Assembly: GCA_963735595.1 (NCBI GenBank)
Contig: CAVTLK010000004.1
Span: 416,001-480,000 of the forward strand
Source: an uncultured delta proteobacterium
GTDB lineage: Bacteria > Desulfobacterota > Zymogenia > Zymogenales > Zymogenaceae
DNA: 64,000 nucleotides
Reading direction: 5' to 3'
In this document: positions 1 to 9,883 of the stretch, piece after piece
Layout: each line of letters starts with the position of its first letter
Numbering within the stretch: the stretch's first letter is position 1
Position numbers and translations under genes: made by a program
Notes under the pieces: generated by a model
What the model was told of the DNA's origin: nothing
The model's database searches: none
Seen by the model: the letters and a program-made list of their open reading frames with translations, nothing else

Positions 1-974
1 AGCCGCATTTCCGTGTCGCGGATGATATCGAGGCTCTGGGCCTCGACGAGGGCCGGCGGCGCCTCGATGGGGTGCTTGTCGACGAGCCGCTTTATGATAC
101 GGCGGCTGACCGCCTGGTCTTCCCGCTTGGCGGCGGTGTCTTCGAGCCGCTTCCTGACGTCATCCTTGAGCGCCTTGAGGTTCTCGAATTGGCCGACATC
201 CTTGGCAAACTCGTCGTCGATCTTCGGGACGTTCTTGACCCGAATCTCCTTGATATCGACTTCAAACTGTAATCTGCTTTCCGGCCAGGTCCTTGCTGTG
301 ATAGTCGGCCGGGAACTCGACCTCGAAACTGAGGTGCTGACCCGGCCTCCTGGCCGATCAGGTTTTTTTCGAAATCCTCGATGAACCTACCGGCGCCGAT
401 CTCGACGGGGTAGTTCTCGGCGGCGGCCTCCTTTGACGGGCTTGCCGTCCATCGAGCCGGCAAAGCTGACGGTGACGATATCCCCCTTCTTGACGGGGCG
501 CTGCTTTTCCTCTGCCTCGAGGGTGGCGTGGTTTTCGGCGAGCCTCTCGACGAATGCCTCAATTTCTTTCTTGTCGATATCCATGCTTAAGGCGCTCGAC
601 CTCGATGGCCTTATAGTCCGACAAGCGCGACTACCGGGGTCACTTCAAAGGCGGCCGAATAGGTGAACTCCTCGTCCTCGACCGCCCCATCGGTATCCAC
701 CTCGGGGTATGAAACAGGGCGGATGCCGGCCTCGGAAAGCGCCTTGGAGTAGCTGTCGCCGAAGAGTTGTTCGGTAACGTCGGCCTTGACCTGGTCCTTG
801 AAAAGTGATCTCGAGGACGTGACGGGGAATCCTGCCGGGCCTGAAGCCCTTGACCTTAGCCTTCTTGTTGAGGGCGAGGTAGGCGTCCTCGACGGCGGAA
901 TTGACAACGTCCCGGGGAATGGTGACGGTAATCTTTTTCTTGACGCTCGATACGTCTTCAACGGTAACCTTCAT
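1..974 (-). CDS. tig: Trigger factor, 3'-truncated by the window edge and broken by several frameshifts (probable sequence errors)
   Basis: N-terminus MKVTVEDVSSVKKKITVTIP...VKGFRPGRIP (ribosome-binding signature). FKBP-domain segments (KGDIVTVSFAGSMDGKPVKGG, IGAGRFIEDFEKNLIG) are spread over ORFs 645..974, 611..961, 387..584 and 92..562. Preceded by tRNA-Leu. Confidence 0.9.
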
Positions 975-1031
975 GGAAACGAACTCCTGATCGTATGATG
1001 GTTATGAGTGCGAAACAACGGGGTGATGGGA

Positions 1032-1116
<85 letters not shown>

Positions 1117-1139
1117 AATAGGGCGGAACGTAAAAAAAT

Positions 1140-1215
1140 TGGTGGGCCATCTAGGGATCGAACCTAGGACCTACTGATTAAGAGTCAGTTGCTCTACCAA
1201 TTGAGCTAATGGCCC
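1140..1215 (-). tRNA. tRNA-Lys(CTT)
   Basis: Reverse complement GGGCCATTAGCTCAATTGGTAGAGCAACTGACTCTTAATCAGTAGGTCCTAGGTTCGATCCCTAGATGGCCCACCA. Confidence 0.97.
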
Positions 1216-1442
1216 ACGTATGTATTTACCCGTATCTTGGAAAAATAACATGAGGGGGAAAGCTTGTCAAGATGATTTTTTGGGATTTAGGCGGCCGGAG
1301 GGAGTGACTATCAGAAAACCAGAGAGACGTTATGCGTATGACTAATCCGACCTACGATCATCGCGAGCCCCCCGTATGGGGCCGACAGGGGCGTTATAGG
1401 CGAAATCGTCTCATTTGGCCAGTTCCGGGAACGAGGATTGTA

Positions 1443-2066
1443 CTACTTCCCCGGCCGATAGACGACGTGGCGGCACCGGTCGTCACCCCGGGCGATGCAG
1501 AGCGTCTCCTCGATCCGCAGGTCCTGCCCGACGATCCAGCGGCCGATGGCGTGGGAAAAGCCGGTCCCGGCGTTGCATATCGGCGCAGTAGTCTTCAGCC
1601 CGGAGCACCAGTAGCAGGGAGAGAGCTCGATGACGTAACCCTCGTCATTCGCGTAGCAGGTATAGATGTCGCCGAAGATTCCCTTCGCCGCCACGAACAT
1701 GATATCCTGGAGACGCACGAACTCGTCAAAGAGCCTGTCCGGCGTGCGGTCATCGGGCTTTAAACCGTCGATGTTAAGGAGGGCGGGGAACTGCTCCAGT
1801 ATGATCTCGAAGGACCGCTTGCCCAGCTGGAACGTTATGGTCCTTGACCCCCGCTCCCCCAGGACCCCGATGAGGCCGGACATGAGGCGGGTAAAGTCCT
1901 CCGAGCTTTGCTCCAGCTCGAGGTTATTGGGGGGGTAGTTTCCGATAAATTTTTGGAGTTTTGCGTAGTTAAGGATAGAATTGAGGCCGTTGAGGCCAAG
2001 TATTTCCTCGGCCGTTATAAATCCAAGATATAATACCTGATTTGGCAGATTCCCCTTCAGCGGCAT
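1443..2066 (-). CDS. Stand-alone V4R (4-vinyl reductase) domain protein
   Basis: C-terminal PCYWC...PIC...IEETLCIARGDDRCRHVV motif; AGGAGAG RBS upstream. Confidence 0.8.
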   Translation of the reverse strand: MPLKGNLPNQVLYLGFITAEEILGLNGLNSILNYAKLQKFIGNYPPNNLELEQSSEDFTRLMSGLIGVLGERGSRTITFQLGKRSFEIILEQFPALLNIDGLKPDDRTPDRLFDEFVRLQDIMFVAAKGIFGDIYTCYANDEGYVIELSPCYWCSGLKTTAPICNAGTGFSHAIGRWIVGQDLRIEETLCIARGDDRCRHVVYRPGK

Positions 2067-2390
2067 GGTACTCTCCTTTTAAAGGATATCGGTTAACTGT
2101 CCGAATAGACGAGCGACACTACCTTACGAACCTAATGGAGATACTGCGTTTGTGGCGGTTACTATACCATACCTACGTATAATTTGTATAAAATTTTTAC
2201 CGGATAATCTACAACTACATAGTAAGACAGGTAATGCTTTGCATTGCCTGTCTTAAACCTTTTGTTACCGCGTGCCGCTTACAACACCCGGGATTCAAAG
2301 GACTTCTACGAACAGAATAATCGCCGGGTTCCCCCGGTTCAGCCTGAAACCTCCCGGGTTTGGTACCGGAGGCTGGTCACGCCGGCTATT

Positions 2391-3092
2391 TCATTTTCCT
2401 TCCGGCTGGTCCCACGAGTAGGAGTACTCGTCGGGGAGCTCTTTCCCCAGGGCGGACATCCCCGCTTTCACGATACGTGTCATTTCGGCGACCCGTCTAC
2501 CGACGTTTTCGGCGCACAGCATCCCCTCTGGGTCGTCGTTGTCCTTACCGAGCGGGTTCGGGCCCTGGCCGGTCCATGCGGCGGCACCGATGTAACAGCC
2601 GGCTATATTGTCCCCGGATACCACGACCCCGTTCATGAGCAGGCAGCTGTGTATCAGGGCCGTCAGCGTCAGCTCCTGCCCGCCGTATCGGGTAGCGCCG
2701 CCGGTGAGCACTCCGCAGACCTTGCTGAACCGGGGCACCGCCTTCCCGCGCCCGAGGTAATGAAGGAGCGACATATTGCCCAGCCTGTCCAGGAGGGCCT
2801 TCATGGAGGCGGGGATAGAAGTGTGATAAACGGGAGCGGCCCACAATACGCCGTCTGCCTCCATATACTTAGGCACGAACTCGTGAAAGTCGTCCATAAT
2901 TACGCAGTAGCCTTTCTCCAGGCACTTGTAGCAGCTGATGCAGAATCCTATTTTTTTGCCTCCCATTTCGTAGAGCTCAGTCTCAATACCCGGCACGTTT
3001 CCGGCGGCTTCCAACGCCCTGCTCAGCATTCTGGTCGTGTTGCCGTTCTTTCGAGGGCTCCCCCCAACGCCGAGGATTTTTATCTTTTTCAT
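2391..3092 (-). CDS. Flavodoxin-family / iron-sulfur flavoprotein (NADPH-dependent FMN reductase fold)
   Basis: GSPRKNGNT FMN loop, CISCYKC...C Fe-S motif, ADGVLWAAPVY, GGQE. Confidence 0.9.
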   Translation of the reverse strand: MKKIKILGVGGSPRKNGNTTRMLSRALEAAGNVPGIETELYEMGGKKIGFCISCYKCLEKGYCVIMDDFHEFVPKYMEADGVLWAAPVYHTSIPASMKALLDRLGNMSLLHYLGRGKAVPRFSKVCGVLTGGATRYGGQELTLTALIHSCLLMNGVVVSGDNIAGCYIGAAAWTGQGPNPLGKDNDDPEGMLCAENVGRRVAEMTRIVKAGMSALGKELPDEYSYSWDQPEGK

Positions 3093-3192
3093 CTCTGGCT
3101 ACGCTCCCAAAGTATTTAAGTAAGATATATCAAGGAGTGCGCCCAATACAAGGCTTTGCCGCGATTTGCCGGACGCACCCGTAGGCTGGAGC

Positions 3193-4455
3193 CTATTTGA
3201 ATGCGAAGGGCACCTCGTACACGTCCTTTGGCAGTCCCATGACCACTTCGTTGCCCTTTTCGTTGATAATGACGAGGTTTTCGAAGTGGAACGTCCCGAC
3301 GCCACCGAACTTCCTCATCCCTCCCTGGCCCATCCCCGTCGGCTCGATCTCAAAGACCATGCCGGGCTGGAGCACGGTTTCCTCCGAGCGTCCGAGCACG
3401 GGGGGTTCCTGAATGTCCAGGCCGATGCCATGGCCGACCATTTCGATCGTCCCCATGCCTGCCTTTTCCACCACACCGGCCACCGCGCCCCATACGTCTT
3501 TAGCCTTGGCGCCCGGCCGCGCGGCCGCTACGCCCGCGTCAAAGGCCTCGTACATCACCTGGCACCCCTTGATGAATCCCTCTGATACCGGGCCGACGTC
3601 AACCATCCGGCCGTTATCGGCCCAGTACCCCTTGTACCTGCATGCCTGGTCCAGGGACAGATAGTCGCCCTTCTTGATGGTGACGCCCTCGAAATGGAAG
3701 CCGGTATCGAACATGCCCTCCTTGGCGCCAACCATGATGTGTCCCGGATTGATAAAGTCAGCCCCGTTTTCAAACGCGGCGATGATCCACGTCCGGCCCA
3801 CATCCTGCTCGGTCATCCCCGGCTTGAACCGGGATACGGCCGTCATCTGTGCCTGCCGGTGAATCGCGGCGGCCTTTTTCAGGCGCTCGATTTCCAGGGT
3901 CGATTTAATCATACGGCATCCCCAGACGATCACGTCGCCGTCGACGAATTTCGCGTTGGGCAGCGCCTGCATCATTGTCTGGATGTCGTTAAACGGTCTC
4001 GGTATCCAGGTATGGGCGATCTGCCCCATTTCGAGGGCGACGTTTCCCTTGCCGTACCCCATCTCGCTGACGGTATCGGCGACCTCTTTCGGGAAGGCCC
4101 GCTCCGAATGGGTCTCGTGCACGTCGGCCTGGGTTCGGATGTCCCTGACCCAGCATTGGGCCTCCGCCGCCCAGCGGAAGAACTCGCCGGTAATGTTTAC
4201 CGGATTTCCATCCTTCGGAATCAGCGTTACCATCGGCTGAATGCTGGGCAGCATCCAGTGGTTCGAGGTGAATCCTCCGAAATACCTGCAGTTCTGCTCG
4301 CTCCAGAGCACGAGGATGTCGACCTTCTTCTCCTTCATCAGGCTCTGGGCCCGATCGATGCGCGATTTCCACTCTGCGTAGGGGACGTCGGGAAAGGTCG
4401 GATCGGGTCCGAACAGCTCGTATCCGGGGGGATCGGGTGCTTTTCTCAGTGACAT
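3193..4455 (-). CDS. M24 family (Xaa-Pro aminopeptidase / creatinase-like) hydrolase
   Basis: Creatinase-N-like start (EWKSRIDRAQSLM, NCRYFGGF), RMIKSTLEIE, D..YKGYWAD..R, GHGIGL, EIEP, FEN; ATG 4455 has a GGAGG RBS. Confidence 0.85.
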   Translation of the reverse strand: MSLRKAPDPPGYELFGPDPTFPDVPYAEWKSRIDRAQSLMKEKKVDILVLWSEQNCRYFGGFTSNHWMLPSIQPMVTLIPKDGNPVNITGEFFRWAAEAQCWVRDIRTQADVHETHSERAFPKEVADTVSEMGYGKGNVALEMGQIAHTWIPRPFNDIQTMMQALPNAKFVDGDVIVWGCRMIKSTLEIERLKKAAAIHRQAQMTAVSRFKPGMTEQDVGRTWIIAAFENGADFINPGHIMVGAKEGMFDTGFHFEGVTIKKGDYLSLDQACRYKGYWADNGRMVDVGPVSEGFIKGCQVMYEAFDAGVAAARPGAKAKDVWGAVAGVVEKAGMGTIEMVGHGIGLDIQEPPVLGRSEETVLQPGMVFEIEPTGMGQGGMRKFGGVGTFHFENLVIINEKGNEVVMGLPKDVYEVPFAFK

Positions 4456-4620
4456 GGCGGCCTCCGTGTAAGAATAATAAATATTAAGGATAGAAACGTG
4501 CTTAAGATGTGGGCGGCGGCGCCCGTCACGGTGATCGTCAGGATGCGGCGTTGTCAGCCAGGGGGTGCCTTGAGGCGGCCCCTTACTTTTTTGGGGGGTG
4601 GTACAGGCCACGGGGAGGGA

Positions 4621-5205
4621 TTACGGGGTGAGAAGCCGTACCACCATTTCCTTCATGCTCTGGCGCAATTCCGTGTTCTGCCGGACGTCCAGTACCTGCT
4701 CTAAATACGCCAGCCCCTCCATGCAGCCTATGATGACGTTTGCCGCGTTGGAAACGTCCGCTTTTCCGATGACGCCTTGATCTCTGTAGAGGATAAGCTC
4801 ATTGATCAGGAGGCCGCGAAACCGATCGTACATCCCGGCGAACTGCGCCCTGATCTTCTGATTCCTGAAGGTAAGCGAATAACACGAATAGAACGCACCG
4901 TTGTCAACAAACCGAACCTTGTCCAGACCGAAAAGCCCGTCGAGGAACAGGTGAAACCTCCTATGGTAATCATCGGTCTCACCGAGTCCGTAGAAATAGG
5001 GCTCTTCGTACTTGGCCAGGATAAAGTCTACCAGTTCCGCGGTCATTTCCTCTTTTGTCTTGAAATAATGCGTGATAAGGCTTGGTTGGATTCCCATCAG
5101 CTTCGCGATCCTCGCGATGGACGCGCCCTCAATACCCTTTTTTGATATGACCTGGTAGTAGCTTTCCAGTATTTCCCGTCTTCGTATGTCGGCTATTCGT
5201 TCCAT
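4621..5205 (-). CDS. TetR-family transcriptional regulator (BetI-like)
   Basis: N-terminal HTH RRREIL...GIEGASIARIAKLMGIQPSLITHYFKTKEEM. Confidence 0.92.
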   Translation of the reverse strand: MERIADIRRREILESYYQVISKKGIEGASIARIAKLMGIQPSLITHYFKTKEEMTAELVDFILAKYEEPYFYGLGETDDYHRRFHLFLDGLFGLDKVRFVDNGAFYSCYSLTFRNQKIRAQFAGMYDRFRGLLINELILYRDQGVIGKADVSNAANVIIGCMEGLAYLEQVLDVRQNTELRQSMKEMVVRLLTP

Positions 5206-5293
5206 TACCGCCTTTCTTGAAAATTGGCTGACTACCGAGTTTCTTATATAGGGTTTTTTATTGTATATTTGTACAATTTGTTATACAAATGAC

Positions 5294-5338
5294 CAATCAC
5301 GTGATTGAGATTCTAATTAAGAACGGAAACCGTGTCAA
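5294..5338 (-). promoter_or_regulatory. Sigma70 promoter of the TetR gene with a palindromic operator at the start site
   Basis: Minus strand TTGACA(5338-5333)-17 bp-TAGAAT(5315-5310), followed by the perfect palindrome CAATCACGTGATTG (5294-5307). Confidence 0.7.
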
Positions 5339-5453
5339 GTAAAAAGGAACCCGCTCACGGGCGGGCAGTTGGGCCTGCCGTGAGGCCGGATGGCGGCCCT
5401 AACGGGCCCTCTGCGTATGGTATACCGGTGTTTTTCGAAGAGGAGGACAAGCC

Positions 5454-6284
5454 ATGAGCCGGAAGGTCGTCATAACGGGAACGGCGGGAGGAATCGGATA
5501 TGAGGTCGCAAAACGTTTGGCCCAATCGGGAGATACGGTTATCGGTTTTGACCGGAACGACAGCGGGATCGCGCGCCTGAAAAAAGAATTGGATCAGATC
5601 GGCGCGCCTCACTATCTGTCTGTCCTTGATATTACCGACAGAGAAGGAGTGGCGAAATTCCGCGACGCAGCGCTCAAGGAATTCGGCGCGGTGGATGTCG
5701 TTCTTTCGAATGCCGCGGTCGCATCGTTCGGCTCCTTCGAGGAGGCCGACCTTGGAGGGATGTCCCGATCACTCGAGATCAATGTCCTTGGAACGGCGAC
5801 GGTCCTCCAGGCCTTCATCCCCGCGATGCGGGAGAGGGGGAGCGGGCGGCTGATCGCCATGTCGTCGTTTACGGGCATAGTGCCGTTCCCGTTCGAATCG
5901 ATCGATACCGCCTGCAATTTTGCCATCGAGGGCCTGGTCCGGGCGTTACGCTACGAGGTGGAGCCCTTCGGGATCGAGGTGGGGATGATCGAGCCTTCCA
6001 TCGTCGTCACGGAGCTTACGGCCGGCATCCACGCGGTGCCCCCTGCCGGATCGCCCTATCGGGAGAGGGTTCAGAGGTTTCTTGCCAAGGACAGGGAAAT
6101 GAAGAAAAACGCCATGATGCCCGGCCTCGCGGCTCAGAAGATCGTGAAAATCATCAAGGGCAAAAGGCTGAAGCTGCACAACCGGATCGATTTCACCAGC
6201 GCCTTTTTTCTTGCGGTTGATAAATTCCTGCCCGCCGGCGTAACTGACGGCATCCTGTTGCGCCAGATGGATATCAAGCCGTAG
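5454..6284 (+). CDS. Short-chain dehydrogenase/reductase
   Basis: VVITGTAGGIG, DVVLSNAAV, MSS; the YxxxK position reads DTACN (atypical). Confidence 0.88.
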   Translation: MSRKVVITGTAGGIGYEVAKRLAQSGDTVIGFDRNDSGIARLKKELDQIGAPHYLSVLDITDREGVAKFRDAALKEFGAVDVVLSNAAVASFGSFEEADLGGMSRSLEINVLGTATVLQAFIPAMRERGSGRLIAMSSFTGIVPFPFESIDTACNFAIEGLVRALRYEVEPFGIEVGMIEPSIVVTELTAGIHAVPPAGSPYRERVQRFLAKDREMKKNAMMPGLAAQKIVKIIKGKRLKLHNRIDFTSAFFLAVDKFLPAGVTDGILLRQMDIKP

Positions 6285-6471
6285 ACGGCATTACGGCCGG
6301 CAGTAATCTCCGGCAGTATTGCGGCCGATCCTTTTATCGTGCAAGCGCGTGACAGCCCGGTGGATAGGGGGTGGACGAAAATATTCGCTGATACCTTTTT
6401 GATAGCGGTTTTATGATATACTAATTCTGTCGGTTTCTATACATCCGTACTATAAACAATAGGAGGAACCC

Positions 6472-6864
6472 ATGAGTATATCCGAAAAGATCCAGCAGGC
6501 GGATTGGCAAAAGGAAAAGCACGTCCCCGCCATCGAATGCCCGGACAAAGTCAAGGCCGATGACTTCGTGAAGGTAACCGTCTCGCTGGGCAAGGCCGTC
6601 GCCCACCCAAACACCACCGAGCACCACATCCGATGGATCGCGTGCTTCTTCTCGCCCGATGACGACAAATTCACCTACGAGCTGGGCCGCTTCGAGTTCA
6701 ACGCCCACGGGGAGGCGGTGGCCGGCCCCAACCAGGGCCCGGTCTACACCAACCACGAGGTGACGTTCGCCTTCAAGACCAGCAAGCCCGGAAAGCTTCA
6801 TGCCGTTGCCCTCTGCAATATCCACGGCCTCTGGGAGTCGGAAAAATCGCTTTCCCTCGCGTAG
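6472..6864 (+). CDS. Superoxide reductase-like (class II SORL / neelaredoxin-type) protein
   Basis: EKHVP, HPNTTEHHIRWI, CNIHGLW motifs. Confidence 0.9.
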   Translation: MSISEKIQQADWQKEKHVPAIECPDKVKADDFVKVTVSLGKAVAHPNTTEHHIRWIACFFSPDDDKFTYELGRFEFNAHGEAVAGPNQGPVYTNHEVTFAFKTSKPGKLHAVALCNIHGLWESEKSLSLA

Positions 6865-7036
6865 GGTTACACCCAGGCTATACACGTCCCGCCGCCGATT
6901 GGGCAGACCGGGCCGATCGGCGGCCCCGCGCCGCCTGCCGCCGCGTGAGCGTCATGCGGGGAGCGCGGGGCACTACCGCCCTTGCGGGACCCGGCCCGAT
7001 ACCGATCTAACCGGATCAAGGAGGAGGCAGGAAGCG

Positions 7037-7474
7037 ATGAGAGAACTGACGACCGAAATCGATATCAAGGCGCGGGCGTCCCGCGTCTGGGAGATCGTTA
7101 CGGACTTTGGGACGTACCCCTCGTGGAACCCCTTTATCAAAGAGATCGTCGGCCGGCCGAAGATCGGCACCCGCCTCGAGGCGACGATGGAGCCGCCGGG
7201 AGGAAAACCAATGCGTTTTTCGCCCAGGGTTCTCGTGGTGCGGCCGGGCCGCGAGCTGGTATGGAAGGGGAGCCTGTTTATGCCGGGGATCTTTGACGGC
7301 GAGCATCATTTTATCATCGAGCCGATAAGTAAGAACTCGGTGCATTTTATCCAGCGTGAGCGCTTCAGCGGGGTCCTCGTCCCGTTTCTCTGGAAGATGC
7401 TCGACACCAAAACGCGAAAGGGTTTTACGGCGATGAACAAGGCCCTCAAGGCGCGGGCCGAAAGGGCCGGGTGA
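7037..7474 (+). CDS. SRPBCC / polyketide cyclase-like protein
   Basis: VWEIVTDFGTYPSWNPFI...FDGEHHF...MNKALKARAE; RBS upstream of ATG 7037. Confidence 0.88.
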   Translation: MRELTTEIDIKARASRVWEIVTDFGTYPSWNPFIKEIVGRPKIGTRLEATMEPPGGKPMRFSPRVLVVRPGRELVWKGSLFMPGIFDGEHHFIIEPISKNSVHFIQRERFSGVLVPFLWKMLDTKTRKGFTAMNKALKARAERAG

Positions 7475-7580
7475 TAGGAGGCCGTGCCGCCGCAGGAGTT
7501 CGGATAAGCGCTGCGGACCATCCCCCTGACATGACCCCCGGCTCCGTGCATCAGCACACCCATCCCCACAGGAGCGAAAA

Positions 7581-8096
7581 ATGGATATACGGACGATCCG
7601 GCTATTGGCCGGCTACAACGAAAAGACGAACGCGGAGATGAACGCGCTCATCTCCCGCCTGGACGCGGCCCACTGGAATCACAATTTCGATGCGTTCTTT
7701 CCCAGTATCCGAATGGTCTGTAACCACCTCTATATCGCGGATTTCACCTGGCTGAAGCGTTTCAGTAATCTGCGCGATTTCCGGTACTTTAAAGACGCCG
7801 TGTTTTCCCGGGAGATCAGCTTTGCGGAAGACGCGTTCGTAACCCGGGAGGATTACCAGACCAAGAGGCAATACCTGGACGGGCTGATCGCGGCGTTTGC
7901 CGATGAGGTCACCGATACCGACCTGGGGAACACCCTGACGTATAAAGATATACGGGGAGTGGAAAATACGCGGAATTTCGGCGGGCTGATCCTGCATTTC
8001 TTCAACCACCAGACGCATCACCGGGGGATGATATCGGTCTATATGGAAATGCTCGGGATACCGAACGACTACAGCAATCTTGCAAAACTCGTTTAG
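7581..8096 (+). CDS. DinB family protein
   Basis: LAGYN..N, FFPSI...NHL..D..WL, HFFNHQTHHRG. Confidence 0.9.
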   Translation: MDIRTIRLLAGYNEKTNAEMNALISRLDAAHWNHNFDAFFPSIRMVCNHLYIADFTWLKRFSNLRDFRYFKDAVFSREISFAEDAFVTREDYQTKRQYLDGLIAAFADEVTDTDLGNTLTYKDIRGVENTRNFGGLILHFFNHQTHHRGMISVYMEMLGIPNDYSNLAKLV

Positions 8097-8223
8097 GCGA
8101 TGCCGCCGGTCAAACGTAGCGGCGTGGCCAAGGCCATGTGCCGCGCCGTCCCAACGATCGGGCATTGCCTTTTCACCCGGAATATGCTACGGTAAGAAAA
8201 TCGAACAATCCGGGGACAATCCG

Positions 8224-8790
8224 TTGAGCAGAGACGCCATATCATTAACAACACCGCTTTCCGACGCCGCCGTCAAAACGCTTCTGGCAGGCACGGCGGT
8301 GACTCTATCGGGCGTCGTATACACGGCCCGGGACGCGGCGCACCGCCGGTTCATGGAGATCCTTGACCGGGGGGAAGCGCTCCCCTTTGACCCGGCCGGC
8401 TCCGTCATCTACTACGTCGGGCCGACACCGGCCCCGCCGGGACGGGTTATCGGCTCGGCGGGCCCCACGACGGCCCGGCGCATGGACCCGTTTGTCCGGC
8501 GGCTCTCGGCGCTCGGCGTCAAGGGCAGCATCGGCAAGGGCGACCGGGCCCCGGAGGTCGCCGAGGCGTTGATGGAGCACACGGCCGTCTATTTTGCCGC
8601 CACCGGTGGGGTAGGCGCGCTCCTGTCTCGTCATATCACGGCCGCCCGGGTTATCGCCTTTGAGGACCTCGGCCCGGAGGCGGTTCGCGAGATCGTTTTC
8701 GCGGATTTTCCCGCCGTCGTGGCAATAGACTGTCACGGGAACGATCTATTCTCCGAGGGCAGGAAGCGCTACCGGGCAGGCCCCGGATGA
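8224..8790 (+). CDS. Fe-S hydro-lyase beta subunit (fumarate hydratase / tartrate dehydratase C-terminal type)
   Basis: YTARDAAH, IYYVGP, GSAGPTTARRMD, IGKG, FEDLGPEA, AIDCHGNDLF; start (TTG 8224) uncertain. Confidence 0.9.
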   Translation: MSRDAISLTTPLSDAAVKTLLAGTAVTLSGVVYTARDAAHRRFMEILDRGEALPFDPAGSVIYYVGPTPAPPGRVIGSAGPTTARRMDPFVRRLSALGVKGSIGKGDRAPEVAEALMEHTAVYFAATGGVGALLSRHITAARVIAFEDLGPEAVREIVFADFPAVVAIDCHGNDLFSEGRKRYRAGPG

Positions 8791-8806
8791 AAGGGGAGTA
8801 GTAGTC

Positions 8807-9826
8807 ATGGGCGATACTCGGATACGGGCGGCGCTCGTCGGCGTCGGCGGGTGGGGTTCAAACATCCTGCGGGCGCTGCTGGGCCTCGACGCCGTCCGGC
8901 TGACCCATATCTGCGACAGCAACCCCGAGAGGGTACGCTCCCTTTCGGCGCAGCATCCCGGGATAGCCTGCACCGAGGAATACGGGGCGCTTGTCAATAA
9001 TCCGGATATCGACGCGGTGCTGATCGCCACCCCGGCGGCAACGCACGCGGCCATCGCCGAGGCGTTTTTTGCCGCCGGAAAGGCCGTCTTTGTCGAAAAG
9101 CCGCTGACACTCTCGATGTCCGACGCCGACGGACTTTTCCAACTCGCCCAAAAAGACCCGGCCCGCCCGCTCATGGTAGGCCACCTCCTCATCTATCACC
9201 CGGCAACGGCCATGATCAAGGACATCATCGGGAGCGGCGACCTGGGCAATATCTACTATATCTATACCAAACGGCTCAACCTCGGCGTGGTCAGGCAGGA
9301 CGAGAACGTCCTCTGGTCGCTGGCGCCCCACGACATATCGATCCTCATCCACCTCATGGGGGGGGCGCCCGAGGCGGTTTCGGCCCACGGCGGCGCCTAC
9401 CTCAACCGGAAGGTGGAGGACGTCGCCTTCATGACCCTCTTTTTTTCGGACGGGAGGATGGGGGAGATCCACGTCTCGTGGCTGGACCCCAGCAAGGAGC
9501 GCAGGACCGTCGTCGTCGGCTCAAGGAAGATGCTCGTCTTTGACGACATGGAGGCCACCGAAAAGATCCGCATCTACGACAAGGGCGCCCAGGTGAAGGC
9601 GGCCGCGGATTTCGCACGGAGCATCTCGATCCGCCACGGCGATATCCATATTCCTCTGGTTGCCGCGCAGGAACCGCTGATGGTGGAGGTCCGGCACTTC
9701 ATCGACTGCGTCCGCGATAAAAAGGCCCCGAACACCGACGTCTTGCAGGGGCGGCAGGTCGTGCAGGTGTTGACGGCCGGGGACGAGTCGATGAGAAACG
9801 GGGGTAAGATCATCCGCCTGAAATAG
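8807..9826 (+). CDS. Gfo/Idh/MocA family oxidoreductase (sugar-nucleotide dehydrogenase-like)
   Basis: VGVGGWG, IATPAATH, VFVEKP, MVGH, LAPHDIS. Confidence 0.9.
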   Translation: MGDTRIRAALVGVGGWGSNILRALLGLDAVRLTHICDSNPERVRSLSAQHPGIACTEEYGALVNNPDIDAVLIATPAATHAAIAEAFFAAGKAVFVEKPLTLSMSDADGLFQLAQKDPARPLMVGHLLIYHPATAMIKDIIGSGDLGNIYYIYTKRLNLGVVRQDENVLWSLAPHDISILIHLMGGAPEAVSAHGGAYLNRKVEDVAFMTLFFSDGRMGEIHVSWLDPSKERRTVVVGSRKMLVFDDMEATEKIRIYDKGAQVKAAADFARSISIRHGDIHIPLVAAQEPLMVEVRHFIDCVRDKKAPNTDVLQGRQVVQVLTAGDESMRNGGKIIRLK

Positions 9827-9883
9827 CGGCGGGAGTCAACAACCCCGATCGACGGAACGCTGCAAAAGGCCCTTACGCCACTC

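Noticed and set aside
1..974. tig as a true pseudogene or recoding case
   Set aside because: Several indels cluster in the first kilobase while the protein segments remain well conserved; low-quality sequence is the simpler explanation.
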